DNA of 64,000 nucleotides from Sedimentisphaerales bacterium. Its GTDB lineage: Bacteria; Planctomycetota; Phycisphaerae; Sedimentisphaerales; Anaerobacaceae. Below the pieces are notes generated by a model. The model saw only the letters and a list, made by a program, of their open reading frames with translations, was not told where the DNA came from and made no database searches. Where the stretch lies: NCBI GenBank assembly GCA_963708075.1, contig OY970194.1:4864001-4928000 (forward strand), in the 5' to 3' direction. Shown here piece after piece: positions 1-15,589 of this stretch. The number at the start of each line of letters is the position of its first letter. The first letter of the stretch is position 1. The position numbers and the translations under genes are program-made.

Positions 1-474
1 TGGTGTGCACGATGCCAGCTCGCAGGAACGATGTACTATCTCGGCCTCTTCGACGATGAGGTCGAGGCGGCCCGCGCCTACGACCGCAAAGCGGTCGAAT
101 TGTTCGGCGAGTTCGCCCGCCTGAATTTCCCCAAAGAATGGCCGCCCGAGCGCCGGGCGGAGGTCTACGCCCAGCGCGACGCTGCCAAGACTGAAGGCAA
201 GAGGGTGAGAAGGAAAGAAGGTAAGACAGTGAGGGCCGGAAAACCGCGAGCGATGGGGACGAAGGACGAACCCAAGCCAACTCGCAGGAAAACAAAAGGG
301 CGCAAACGCGAACACTCCACCAAAATCATCAATCGTAAATCATCAATAATCAATCCCAAGGGGCCGCCGGGACGCAGGGATCGCAGACGTACGACGAAGC
401 GATCACCCCAGAAGGCCCAGAGCAAGGCGCGACTCAGGAGCCGAAAAGGGATAAGGACGGGGCGACAGCGGTAG
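1..474 (+). CDS. AP2-domain DNA-binding protein (5' truncated by window; often HNH-AP2), with basic low-complexity tail
   Basis: Frame is open from position 1 (WCARCQLAGTMYYLGLFDDEVEAARAYDRKAVELFGEFARLNFP), which matches the AP2 motif YLG.F...EEAA.AYD......G.FA.LNF. Confidence 0.75.
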   Translation, partial: WCARCQLAGTMYYLGLFDDEVEAARAYDRKAVELFGEFARLNFPKEWPPERRAEVYAQRDAAKTEGKRVRRKEGKTVRAGKPRAMGTKDEPKPTRRKTKGRKREHSTKIINRKSSIINPKGPPGRRDRRRTTKRSPQKAQSKARLRSRKGIRTGRQR

Positions 475-560
475 AGTGGGCTCCGCCCTGGTTGTTCTAC
501 ATATCTCGGGATGGTAGAGCCGCGATTCTGATGAGAAATGCCATGTTTCGGCCGCAAAGC

Positions 561-757
561 AAGCCCGCAGGGCGAAAGATCATAGCCCAGCGATTGATCG
601 CTGGGGACAGGGGTCGCACACAAAACGAGTCCCGTCCGGGACGAAAGAACGCTCTCGGCCGGCGCTTTTCTTTCGCCCCTGCGGGGCTTGGTATGATTCC
701 GGACTCTCGTACCCACCGTTGAAACGGTGGGCTATCATCACCCGTCCCTGCGGGACT
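561..757. repeat. REP/REPIN-like palindromic doublet (family A)
   Basis: Hairpins agcccgcagggcg, cccagcgattgatcgctggg, gtcccgtccgggac, gcccctgcggggc, cccaccgttgaaacggtggg and gtccctgcgggac. The two halves are approximate inverted copies, and the same units recur at 20421-20706. Confidence 0.75.
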
Positions 758-981
758 ATCTTGACACATGTGTAGAACAACCAGGGCTCCGCCCACCGCT
801 CTTCTGAATAAAAGGAATCATGTTGCACGCGGAGACGCAGGGACGCGGAGTCGGAAATACATCTCCAGCCGGTTTCTTTCTCTGCGTCTCAGCGTCTCTG
901 CGTGAGATGGTTTTTGCTTACGGCCGAAGGCCGCGATGCGTCTTGGGGCCTCTTGCCTCTGGCTTATCACCTATCCCTTGT

Positions 982-1090
982 CACCTATCGCTTATGATCG
1001 CTTATCGCGTCCCGCGATTCCCCTTGCCCGAACCCCAACTCCCGGCTAAGCCGAGCGCGACGGCTTTGGAGGCCGAAAAGTGATTTCGAA
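982..1090 (+). repeat. Left copy of ~110-bp direct repeat flanking vapBC
   Basis: cacctatcgcttatgatcgcttatcgc...ggctttggaggccga..tgatttcgaa is repeated at 1942-2065. Confidence 0.9.
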
Positions 1091-1134
1091 AGATGCGCCT
1101 GACATTTCATGTCCTCCCGCGTTGCCGATTCCCG

Positions 1135-1184
1135 TTGACAGAAGATGCGGTCCGCTGTACCATGTATGTGTATGTATGTGTATG
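1135..1184 (+). promoter_or_regulatory. sigma70 promoter and tandem-repeat operator of vapBC
   Basis: TTGACA (1135-1140), 17 bp, TACCAT (1158-1163), then gtatgtgtat x2 (1164-1183). SD aaggagg at 1188-1194. Confidence 0.65.
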
Positions 1185-1199
1185 CTAAAGGAGGATCCC

Positions 1200-1427
1200 A
1201 TGGCAACCAAGACAATCAGTATCGACACAGAGGCATATGACCGGCTCAAGGCGGTTCAACAAGAGGCCGAGTCGTTCAGCCAGGTCATCAAGCGGGTGGT
1301 TCGAGAGCCGCTGGACGTGAGACGATTCGTCAAGCGGATTGGTGAACAGCCGATCAGCGACGAGGCCGCCGCCGCCATTGAATCGCAGATCAGAAACCGG
1401 CGACAGCCCTCCGGCAGGAGGCGCTAA
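1200..1427 (+). CDS. vapB: VapB-family antitoxin
   Basis: MATKTISIDTEAYDRLKAVQQEAESFSQVIKR is a typical VapB/DUF217 N-terminus. SD upstream and TAATG overlap with the PIN gene. Confidence 0.85.
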   Translation: MATKTISIDTEAYDRLKAVQQEAESFSQVIKRVVREPLDVRRFVKRIGEQPISDEAAAAIESQIRNRRQPSGRRR

Positions 1428-1834
1428 TGGCTTGCCTCGATACCACGATCCTGATCGATCTGGCCGGCAGGAACTCTCAGCGGAAACAGCAGGCAACCCG
1501 CAAGATTGAGGAACTGGCCAGAAACGCGCAGACCCTCGCGACGACCCGTTTCAACATCGCCGAGCTCTATGTGGGCGTAGCGCGATCCAGACGACCCGAA
1601 GAGGATGAGAGAGCCGTCGCCACTTTGCTGAGCGAATTCGAGGTTCTGGAGTTCAACGATGCGGCGGCCCGCGTCTTCGGAGCCATTACCGGGTTTCTCC
1701 AGCAGATCGGCCGGCCTGCCGGCGATATGGACGTCCTGATCGCCGCCACGGCCATGACATACGGCCACTCCCTGGTCACCCGCAATCCCCAGCACTTCAG
1801 GCACATCCCCACCCTGATCGTGGAAGACTACTGA
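1427..1834 (+). CDS. vapC: VapC PIN-domain toxin
   Basis: PIN motifs LDTTILID, E(LYVG), DMDVLIAATA and LVTRNPQHF. Confidence 0.92.
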   Translation: MACLDTTILIDLAGRNSQRKQQATRKIEELARNAQTLATTRFNIAELYVGVARSRRPEEDERAVATLLSEFEVLEFNDAAARVFGAITGFLQQIGRPAGDMDVLIAATAMTYGHSLVTRNPQHFRHIPTLIVEDY

Positions 1835-1941
1835 GCACGCAGGATGGGCTTCAGCCCATGCGGCAGATTCTTCTCTCCGCGTCTCAGCGGCTCCGCGCGA
1901 GAACATTTTGCCCACAACCGTAGGCCATGACGCAATCTTGG

Positions 1942-2065
1942 CACCTATCGCTTATGATCGCTTATCGCTTCCTGCGATTCCACTTGCCCGAACCCCAAAT
2001 CCCGGCTACAGTACTCTTGGCTAAGCCGAGCGCGACGGCTTTGGAGGCCGAGAAATGATTTCGAA
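1942..2065 (+). repeat. Right copy of direct repeat flanking vapBC
   Basis: Near-identical to 982-1090, with a 15-nt insertion (cagtactcttggcta). Confidence 0.9.
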
Positions 2066-2164
2066 GAATGTAGCTGACACCTTTGGTTCCACTTGGCATG
2101 GAGTCGGCTGCGGGCCTGTTCATGGTGGACGGACAGCTACGGTGTTCCGCCGAGGGTAAGGCAC

Positions 2165-2983
2165 ATGGCGTGGACTTCAAAACATCTGAAATGGCTCGTT
2201 GATACAGGCAAACGGCTGTCGACGGCCGACGGCAAGCAAGTAGGAGTCTGGGAGTTCCGGCACGAGAAGGATGAGAGTATTCTCTCTGTTTGGGCAAAGC
2301 ATTTTCGGAATCACTACTGCCTTGATTGCGACATTGATGATCTCAGAAGAGGCTACGGATATTCGCGTGCTGAATACTTGACTCAGATCAAGTTTCCCGA
2401 TGCGTCTGCTGCTCCCGGCCCAAGTATTCGCGCTGGGGACTTCGCCGAAATCCTCGTGGCTGATTATCTGGAGTTCATTCTGAAGTATTGGGTTCCTCGG
2501 AGTCGCTATGCTGACAAGACCGTACGCAATGAATCCACCAAAGGATGCGATGTGTTAGGATTCACGATAATCAAGGATGGGGAAGACTCCGCTGACGACA
2601 CGCTTGCCATGTTTGAGGCGAAGGCTCAGTTCTCGGGCAATGGACGCAAAGTACGGCTCCAAGACGCGATAGATGGATCAAGCAAGGACCAGGTGAGAAG
2701 AGGGGAGTCGTTGAACGCAGTCAAGCAGAGACTACGCGACAGGCAGCACCCTGAAGACGCGAAGCGAATAGAGAGGTTCCAGAATCCTGAGGACCGGCCC
2801 TACAGAGAACTGTATGGCGCCGCAGGCTTGTTTTCGACGCCCTTGTTCGACCCTGATTCGGTCGGCTTGACAAGCGCGAATGGCCACCCGAATGCAGAGA
2901 ACCTAATCTTACTTGTGATTCACGGTGACCAAATGATGAACCTTGTCCACGACCTGTACAGGAGAGCAGCGGATGAGGCCTGA
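2165..2983 (+). CDS. hamA: Hachiman anti-phage protein HamA (DUF1837-like nuclease)
   Basis: GDFAEILVADYL...GCDVLG...FEAKA is a PD-(D/E)xK-type signature. Overlaps the downstream SF2 helicase. ATG at 2165. Confidence 0.75.
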   Translation: MAWTSKHLKWLVDTGKRLSTADGKQVGVWEFRHEKDESILSVWAKHFRNHYCLDCDIDDLRRGYGYSRAEYLTQIKFPDASAAPGPSIRAGDFAEILVADYLEFILKYWVPRSRYADKTVRNESTKGCDVLGFTIIKDGEDSADDTLAMFEAKAQFSGNGRKVRLQDAIDGSSKDQVRRGESLNAVKQRLRDRQHPEDAKRIERFQNPEDRPYRELYGAAGLFSTPLFDPDSVGLTSANGHPNAENLILLVIHGDQMMNLVHDLYRRAADEA

Positions 2984-5900
2984 AAGAAAGTCACAGGTTC
3001 TTTTGGGCATTACCCGTGCAAAGGCGAAAATGTTCGAGTACGGTGTTCCCGAGGAGCACCACATTCAAATCCCGCGGGACCCGGCCAAGCTGTTCCCTTT
3101 GGCCATAGGTCTATTAGGTGACCTTGCCGCAACAAGTTGTGACGCTGACTCCGCTGAGGATTTCTTGGGCGAGTTGCGTAAGAATCTTCATTTCTCCTCG
3201 CGATTCTTCGATGCCTACCATCAAGCCCAACTGAACGACTCACTTGACCCGTATCTCCTTTTACTGGGAGCTGCGGCGTATTACCTTTGCGACTTGCCGG
3301 GCAGTTCACTTGTTCTGGCGAGACACCTTGGCGAAGGCTGTCCCGACCTGGGTGGGTGGGGATTAGAGCACTTGCTGGTATGGCTGCTTCACGGCGATTG
3401 GTCCACTTATACCGATGAATCAGATGGTCCCTATGGCAAGGACATCGATGCGATTTCACAGGCGATGGTGCGGTTTTTTGCAGGTGGCAGTGAGAGCGAG
3501 AGCCTCTTTAAGAAAGCCATGGGTCTGCGGAAGGCCGTCTACGCCAATGGTACTCCTCGACAACTACTTTTCGCAGATCTCATTTCCGCGGTGGTCAAGA
3601 AACGGTTTGAGAATTCTACATGGTGCTGTCTGCCCGAGTACACGGGGCTTCCTGTACAACTGTGGCAACCGGTTCTCCAGAAGAAGAGCTTCATGCGTGA
3701 ACTGTGGCCCGCGCAACGCCTTCTTGGTAAGCACGGTATCTTCCGGGGAGAATCCGCAGTTGTGCAGATGCCCACAAGTGCGGGAAAGACCAAAGCGACG
3801 CAGATCATCATACGGAGTGCCTTTCTTGCTCATCGCACGTCTCTTGCCGTAGTTGTCGCTCCATTCAGGGCACTATGCCAGGAGATTAGGAACAGCCTCA
3901 TCGAGGTCTTCCGCGATGAACAGATAGGCGTCGATGAGCTCACGGATGTGTTGCAGGCGGACTTTGAAGTGACGGAGCTTCTACAGACAACGTGTGTTCT
4001 CGTAGCGACCCCTGAGAAACTCATCTATGTATTGCGTCATGCTCCGGAACTTGCAGAAAAGATCGGGCTGCTAATCTACGATGAGGGCCACCAATTTGAT
4101 AGGGGGGAGCGGGGGATTACGTATGAGCTTCTCCTCACGTCGCTGAAATCAATGGTTCCTAAAGGGGCCCAGACGATTCTGCTCTCAGCCGTAATAAGCA
4201 ACGCCAAGGCCGTTGGAGACTGGCTCAATGGAAGCGCTTCCCAGGTAGTCTCCGGCACCAGCCTCATCCCGACATATCGGAGCGTTGCCTTTGCGAGTTG
4301 GTTGGACAACCAGGGCCGGAAGTTATCTGTCGGCTGGTTAAGGTTTGGCGATCCGAACCGCAAGGACGATTATGAGTTCTTCGTGCCACGAATCATCGAG
4401 CAGCAACAACTCAAGAGGAGAAAAGAGGGATTTCCCTCAATGAAAGCGGATGATCGAGGCAAAGAGACGTCACTATACCTTGGCCTAAGACTTTCGCACC
4501 GTGGGAGCGTGGCGATCTTCTGTGGTAGAAAGGACACGGCGTCTGGTTTATGCGAGACAGTCTTAGAAGCGTACAACAAGGGCCTCACTATTCCCTGTCC
4601 AAGGACCTACTCATCTGAGGAAGAAATAGGGCGTCTCCATTTTCTCCACGCGTGCAACCTTGGCAATGATGCGACGATGACCCAGTGTGCTGCTCTTGGC
4701 ATCTTTGCTCATCATCGTAATACCCCTCACGGTATTCGCCTTGCGATAGAGCACGCCTTGAAGAAGCGCCAGGCGAGTTTTGTCATCTGCACATCCACTT
4801 TGGCCCAAGGGGTAAATCTTCCGATCCGCTACTTGATTGTGACCAGCGTGTATCAGGGATCAGAGCCGATGATGGTGAGGGATTTCCATAATCTAATTGG
4901 ACGTGCTGGTCGCGCCGGAATACATACTGAGGGGAGTATCCTGTTCGCAGATCCCTCTGTCTACGACAAACGCACGTCCCCCACAGAAAACTGGAGATGG
5001 AAACAAGTCAAGGAAATGCTGGAGCCAAGCAATTCCGAACCGTGCGCGAGCGCACTGTTGTCACTCTTTGAGCCTCTGCACAGTGATGACCGCAAGTACG
5101 AGATCCCGATGGCCCCATTAGATTTCGTTCGTGCGTACATAGAGGGCGCGACAGCAATGGCATCACTCCTCCGAGGAATTGCCTCCCAACATGCAGATAA
5201 GGGTTTCAGCATAGGTGGGCTTGAACAGCAAGTAAGCCACAAAACGGGCATTATATCGTCTATCGAAAGCTACTTGATGTCCAACTGGGAAGAGGTTGAT
5301 TCTGCGGTGCGTGAAGAAGATACCATTGGACTTGCGAAAGGGACGCTCGCTTACTTTTTGGCTGCCAGCGAAGAACTGAGGGCGCAGGTTGTAGAGTTGT
5401 TCCAGCTACTGGGACAGAACATACTGCGTAATGTCCCAGACCCTTCAAAGAGGAGGGTCTACGGCAGGACCCTATACGGGGTCCGGGCCGCAATCGACAT
5501 CGAGAATTGGGTGAATGAGAATATCCGTGAGCTTTCCTCCTCCGACAGCCACGACGATCTCCTTGCGGCTCTATGGTCAATCATGGCAAAGAACATTGAG
5601 AACAACACCTTCAAGAAATGTGATCACCCTGAGGTGCTGAAGGACGTTGCTCTCAGATGGATCAAAGGAAAGTCATTTCACGACTTGCTTGCAATCCTGG
5701 TGGCAGCCGACGCAAAACTGATCTGGGGCCAAAAGCGTCGCGAGTTCAAAACGGACCACATTGTTGACGTTTGTGAGAATGGCTTGGCATATGACGGCAC
5801 TCTTGTGGTTGGCGCCGTGATTGAACTCGTAGCACTACTCTACCCGGAAGATAGCGAAGACCTCATAGCCATGCTACAAGGACTGCAGAAGAGGCTGAAA

Positions 5901-6109
5901 TATGGTCTACCATCCTCTTCGGCGGTGATTCTGTACGAACTGGGTTTTGCTGACCGCGTCGTGTCCATCCATTTGAGTGAGGTTCTTGCGCAGTACCGGC
6001 GCAGAAATGGAGAATTCTGCGTAGAATCAGGAGGCACGAAGCCGAAATGCGGAAGGTGCTGAGCCAGTATCCGTCATACTTCAACGAAAGGTTAGAGGAC
6101 CTGCTGTAG
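2973..6109 (+). CDS. hamB: Hachiman HamB DEAD/DEAH-box (Ski2-like) helicase; probable 1-nt frameshift near 5990
   Basis: Motifs MPTSAGKT, DEGH, LSAV, TSTLAQGVN and NLIGRAGR. The called ORF stops at 6062, but another frame continues QKWRILRRIRRHEAEMRKVLSQYPSYFNERLEDLL* to 6109. Confidence 0.8.
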
Positions 6110-6181
6110 CCAAATCCGCGTGGAATTCCGGGGTGGAATTCCGGGGACGCCTTACTTATTTCAGTTTTGTTTTAGTATGGT

Positions 6182-6673
6182 GTGCCCAGACATGCGATAC
6201 AATCTGACGAGGTAACTATAGTGGATGATTCTCAGGAATACGTGACGCCGGAACCTGCACAACTCGATCGTAAGCGTAAATCGCTGCAAGGACGCATTCG
6301 CAAGGACCTCATTACGTTCGTGCAACTTGGCGACCCAAGCCGGAGTTTCGCGAGGTACGAGCGATTGGCGAAGGCGTTCAAGCTTCGGTACAGGACTGAC
6401 GCCGAGCGCCGGTATCTGGACGACATGCTTGGCGATATTTGCCGGCACGAGCACGAGCACGGCCGGGCTATGCTATCGGTTGTTGTGGTCAATGATGAAC
6501 TCAAGCCGCAGCCGGGGTTCTTTGCGTTGGCAAGAGAGCTTGGGAGGCAGAAACCGGGAGAGGGTGACGATGAATTCGTCTCACGGGAGAGGGCGGAACT
6601 CTTCGAATACTGGGGATCTCATAAAGACCCCATACGCAAGGAAAGAAGAGAATCCCGATCCCGGGGGAAATGA
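6182..6673 (+). CDS. Hypothetical protein
   Basis: 163-aa ORF with the motif LGDIC..EHE.GRAMLSVVVV....PQPGFF..A, which I recognise from uncharacterised small proteins. Start uncertain. Confidence 0.55.
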   Translation: MPRHAIQSDEVTIVDDSQEYVTPEPAQLDRKRKSLQGRIRKDLITFVQLGDPSRSFARYERLAKAFKLRYRTDAERRYLDDMLGDICRHEHEHGRAMLSVVVVNDELKPQPGFFALARELGRQKPGEGDDEFVSRERAELFEYWGSHKDPIRKERRESRSRGK

Positions 6674-6904
6674 TGCGGTTGCAGAAGGGGGGCGGGGGCC
6701 GAGTCTCAATTATCAACTATTCGCCACTGGAATGGGGTCGGGGGTCCACATTTCACAAACGGTTCCTGGCTTGCTCACAGGCATGGGCAGACCCTCGGCA
6801 AGCCGGCGTTTGCCGCTGCCACCCGGAATTGAGTTCTTGCTGTTTTGACGCCAAATCCCGCGGGCGCAGACAGTCCGAGGGCTGTTTGGCAGGCACAGCC
6901 GGGC

Positions 6905-11848
<4,944 letters not shown>

Positions 11849-12501
11849 GAAATTCCTTTCTGTTGCTGCCACGGTTCATCCCTGAGGAGGCAATCGCATC
11901 GACACACCTGCGATTGGGAGCAACAGCAAAGGCGCAGCCGGTTTCACGGCGTCCGGCTGTTATGCAAGCCCGACAACCTTGTCTGCCTGGGTAGTATCAG
12001 AGCGCAGCAACGAACCCGCGCGGGATTCCTTGCGGCCTTAGCCCCCAAACTGACGACTGCCACGGTACCCCGGGCCAACAAATGCCCGGAATGCCACTAA
12101 GCCACCCCAATTCAGATGTAAATGTGGTGATGCCTGCTGTTCCGGCCATGTTGCCAACAAAGGAACACCGGCGCCACTTGCCCCCCAAGAGTCCAATTCG
12201 TGTGCTTATACCAACAGCCAAGGTGATTTGCAACCGCTCGGCCGATAATTCTTTTTCGGCCGGCGGCCGGCTTTGCGACTACATTTCGTGGCGGAACAGC
12301 CCCCATTCGTCATGCTGAACGAAGTGAAGTACTTGGGCAACGAGTGCAATCAACCCTGGACTTCCCAGATAACACGCGCAGCGCCATCTACGTCTTTTGA
12401 GGTGGCAGGCTTGTTGCGGCAAATGGGAGCCGCTGTATGATGGCCGCCACTGGCCCGGCGACGCAGTTGGGTAAGGCTATCCTGGAAATCGAGGTTAAGA
12501 G

Positions 12502-14322
12502 ATGATCCATGCAGCGCGAGTCATTTGTTTCACGTTACTGTCAATGGCGTTTTCTTCTCGCGCTGCGGCGGAGGATTTCACCGATGCCATCCGCGCGTAC
12601 CTGCAACAGCGTGTCGAGGCTGAAAGGCGGGACGTCGGCATCGTGGTCGGTATTGTGGACGAGCATGGCAACCGCACTGTCAGTTGCGGCAAACTGGATA
12701 ACGGCACCGATCAGGAGGTCACCGGCAACACACTGTTCGAGATCGGCTCGATCACGAAGACGTTTACGACGCTGTTGCTGCAAGACATGATTGATCGCGG
12801 CCAGATGAAGCTGGATGATCCCGTGGCAAAATACTTGCCCGAATCGGTCAAGGTGCCGACCCGCAACGGCAAGGAAATCACCTTGCTCCAACTGGCCACG
12901 CACACCTCCGGGCTTCCGAAGATCCCCGACAACCTCGACCCCAAACGTGCCGACAACCCCTATGCTGACTATACCGTCGAGCAAATGTATGCCTTCCTGT
13001 CCGGCTACAAATTGGCTCGCGATCCGGGAACGCAGTGGGAATACTCCAACCTGGGAATGGGATTATTGGGTCAGGCAATCGCGCTGAAAGCTGGAATGAG
13101 CTACGAATCGCTGGTGGTGGACCGGGTGTGTCAGCCATTGAAGATGGACAGCACGGGGATCACGCTGACGCCCGAACTGAAATCCCGCTTCGCCACCGGA
13201 CACAATGAATTCGGCTACGCCGTGTCAGCTTGGGATACTCCGACTTTGTCCGGCGCCGGCGCGTTGCGCTCGACGGCCAATGACATGCTGAAATATGTGT
13301 CGGCCAACCTCGGCCTGACGCCGTCCAGCCTGACACCGCTCATGGAAAAGACGCACGACATTCATTTTGACCAGACGAACGGACCTCACATTGGCTTGGC
13401 CTGGTTTACCACGTCCAGCATGCCAGGAGCAAAAATCATACTGCACGACGGAGGCACGGGCGGTCACCGCGCGTTCGCGGGTTTTGATAAGGCGCAGCGT
13501 CGCGGCGTGGTGATCCTGTCGAATTCGAGCGGTGTCATTGACATTCGCAACCTGGGCTGCTTCCTGCTCACAAGCGAATGGCAATCGAGCCGACGGCCGA
13601 CGGAAACGGCCACAAGCAGCCAACTTCTTGGTTCGTACGTGGGCCAATACCGGCTGAAATCCGATGCAGCGCCGCGCAGGTTCAAGCTCTGGCCATTTTC
13701 CCGCCACAAAGATGGCGCCGCTTCCCAATCCAAGATCGGTATCCGCTGTGAAGGGGATCGGCTCTTCGCCCAAGTCATGGGATCAAGATCATGGCCGGCG
13801 GATGCATTCCTGCCGCCCGGCCATGGTGAATTGCTGGCACAATCGGAGACCCGCTTTTTTGAAAGGCTGAGCGGCACAGCGCTGACGTTTTCTCGAAATG
13901 CCCGGGGCAAGGTGACTGGCTGGACAATCGACTACCAAGGCAAAACGCTTTCTTATGAAAGAACTTCCGATCAGCCGCCGAAAGCTCCCGAACCGGTCAA
14001 GCCGCGTGTCGCCATCAGGCTGGACCCAGAACTTCTCGATGCCGTCGTTGGCGAGTACGAGATTCCGCCGAAAGAGCCGTTTCCTGCTGGAGGCAAAGTC
14101 AGGATCTGGCGAGAAGGAGATCAGTTGGCCGGACAAGTCTGGGGCGAAAATGCCGCCCGGGGCGTTTTCGAGATTTATGCCGAATCGGAAACGAATTTCT
14201 TCCTCAAACTCAATGGTGCGCAATTGACCTTCATCAAGAATGGCAAAGGACAAGTGATGACCGTCATCCACCATTCCTCTCACGCGGGAGTTCCGGACAG
14301 TGTGGGAAAGAAAGTCAAATGA
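12502..14322 (+). CDS. Serine hydrolase, beta-lactamase/AmpC family, with C-terminal DUF3471-like domains
   Basis: FEIGSITK (SxxK), LATHTSGL, YSN and HDGGTGG; signal peptide. Confidence 0.88.
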   Translation: MIHAARVICFTLLSMAFSSRAAAEDFTDAIRAYLQQRVEAERRDVGIVVGIVDEHGNRTVSCGKLDNGTDQEVTGNTLFEIGSITKTFTTLLLQDMIDRGQMKLDDPVAKYLPESVKVPTRNGKEITLLQLATHTSGLPKIPDNLDPKRADNPYADYTVEQMYAFLSGYKLARDPGTQWEYSNLGMGLLGQAIALKAGMSYESLVVDRVCQPLKMDSTGITLTPELKSRFATGHNEFGYAVSAWDTPTLSGAGALRSTANDMLKYVSANLGLTPSSLTPLMEKTHDIHFDQTNGPHIGLAWFTTSSMPGAKIILHDGGTGGHRAFAGFDKAQRRGVVILSNSSGVIDIRNLGCFLLTSEWQSSRRPTETATSSQLLGSYVGQYRLKSDAAPRRFKLWPFSRHKDGAASQSKIGIRCEGDRLFAQVMGSRSWPADAFLPPGHGELLAQSETRFFERLSGTALTFSRNARGKVTGWTIDYQGKTLSYERTSDQPPKAPEPVKPRVAIRLDPELLDAVVGEYEIPPKEPFPAGGKVRIWREGDQLAGQVWGENAARGVFEIYAESETNFFLKLNGAQLTFIKNGKGQVMTVIHHSSHAGVPDSVGKKVK

Positions 14323-14430
14323 TCGCTCCCATCCGCATCATTTGTCTCGCGATCCCATGATCGGTGTTTTCCCGGCGCACTGCGGCGAGGCATGAGGTTA
14401 GTCATACGCACAGCCGGCCATGGGCGGCCT

Positions 14431-15352
14431 CTAGTTGCGGTACTTGTCGATGGGTTGGGGGACCTTGTCCGTCGGGTCGCGCAGGTTGATGTACTTCACG
14501 CCCGCGCTGAGCGAGCCATACTGCATATAGTAGGTGTAGAGCTTGGCGAGCTTCTGCTCATCCTTGGCCTCAAGATGCTTGGCCCATTCGTCGATCTCCG
14601 CGCCCCAGATGATTTGCGTGTCGTCCTTGGTGTGAAGGATGATGTGAGGGTTCTCGCGAGCGCCGTCGGCCCTTGTAGTTGCCAACGTCGATGCTGGCGA
14701 TCTGCTCCAGCAGAGGGGTTTGCGGCGCGTATTCCGCGTCCGCGCGATGCAGAAGGCTGATCAGGGTCACGGCCGCCTCCAGGTCGTCGCGGTCGTACCG
14801 CTCTCCCGGCGTCGGGGGCAGCCCGGCCGCCAGGCCTTTGACTTCAACAATCGGCAGTTGCGGCATCGGCATTTGGTCCAGCACAACGAGGTCCGAATCC
14901 ACATAGTATTGCCATGAGCCCCTCTGGATCATGGCCACGGGCTTGCGCCAGCGGGCCTTCACACGCACTGCGTCATGGGTGATCTGGACGCGGACGTCGG
15001 CCAGCCAGACCATCGGCTCAAGATTGCGTGCAACGACGGCCGCTGTATCATCCTTGATCGGGAACCAGTTGCCGCCCGCCATGGCGGCGACCCTCGCCTT
15101 CAGATCATGGTTCGCCCAGTTCGGGACCTCCACCAGGATCAGCGACCCTTCCGCGCCGGCATTTGCCCCTCGTACGATTCCCTCCGCGTAGCGCAGGCCG
15201 AAGCCTGCTGCCACCAGCAGGCCAATGACGATCGCCAGTTTCAGCATGACGACCCAATTCCACCGCCGGCTCGCAGTCCGACTCTTGCTCCTCGTATTGC
15301 GCCAGGAGAGAAACCTCTCCTTGATGCTCACTCTTTTCTTCTTATCTCCCAC
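14431..15352 (-). CDS. ftsQ: FtsQ/DivIB-like cell division protein; frameshift near 14649
   Basis: Follows ddl, has a single TM helix and a POTRA-like VRVKARWRKPVA segment. ORFs 14570..15412 and 14431..14685 join as ...SREPHIILHTK if one extra base is removed. Confidence 0.6.
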
Positions 15353-15429
15353 GTGCAGCCTCACCTCGTCTGTCTTATGAACTGGAGTCTTGCAAGACTC
15401 TACCAATCGCAAACCGACTCAACAAGGGC

Positions 15430-15503
15430 GCCATGTCTACGCTTGCGTAAACATGTTCCACTCGATGGGCAAGACATGCTTACGCGAGCGTAAGCATGGC
15501 ACC
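15430..15503. repeat. REP-like doublet (family B, GGGTGCCATG type)
   Basis: gccatgtctacgcttgcgtaaacatg ... catgcttacgcgagcgtaagcatggcaccc. Copies at 19662-19691, 44712-44790 and, degenerate, 34769-34796. Confidence 0.8.
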
Positions 15504-15589
15504 CAAGCCCTAACACATCCTGTTTCTTCCGACACCCGCCGCAAAGCGGCGCAGCGACTTAAGAGTTCACCGCCCTCCAGGACGGCAGT

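Noticed and set aside
620..650. Hammerhead-ribozyme-like gagtccc..gggacgaaa (also at 20685-20706)
   Set aside because: The required CUGAnGA core immediately 5' of stem II is missing in both copies; they are parts of REP family A.
12502..14322. Bona fide antibiotic-resistance beta-lactamase
   Set aside because: Family motifs only; the long C-terminal domains and HDG triad fit a general serine hydrolase or peptidase.
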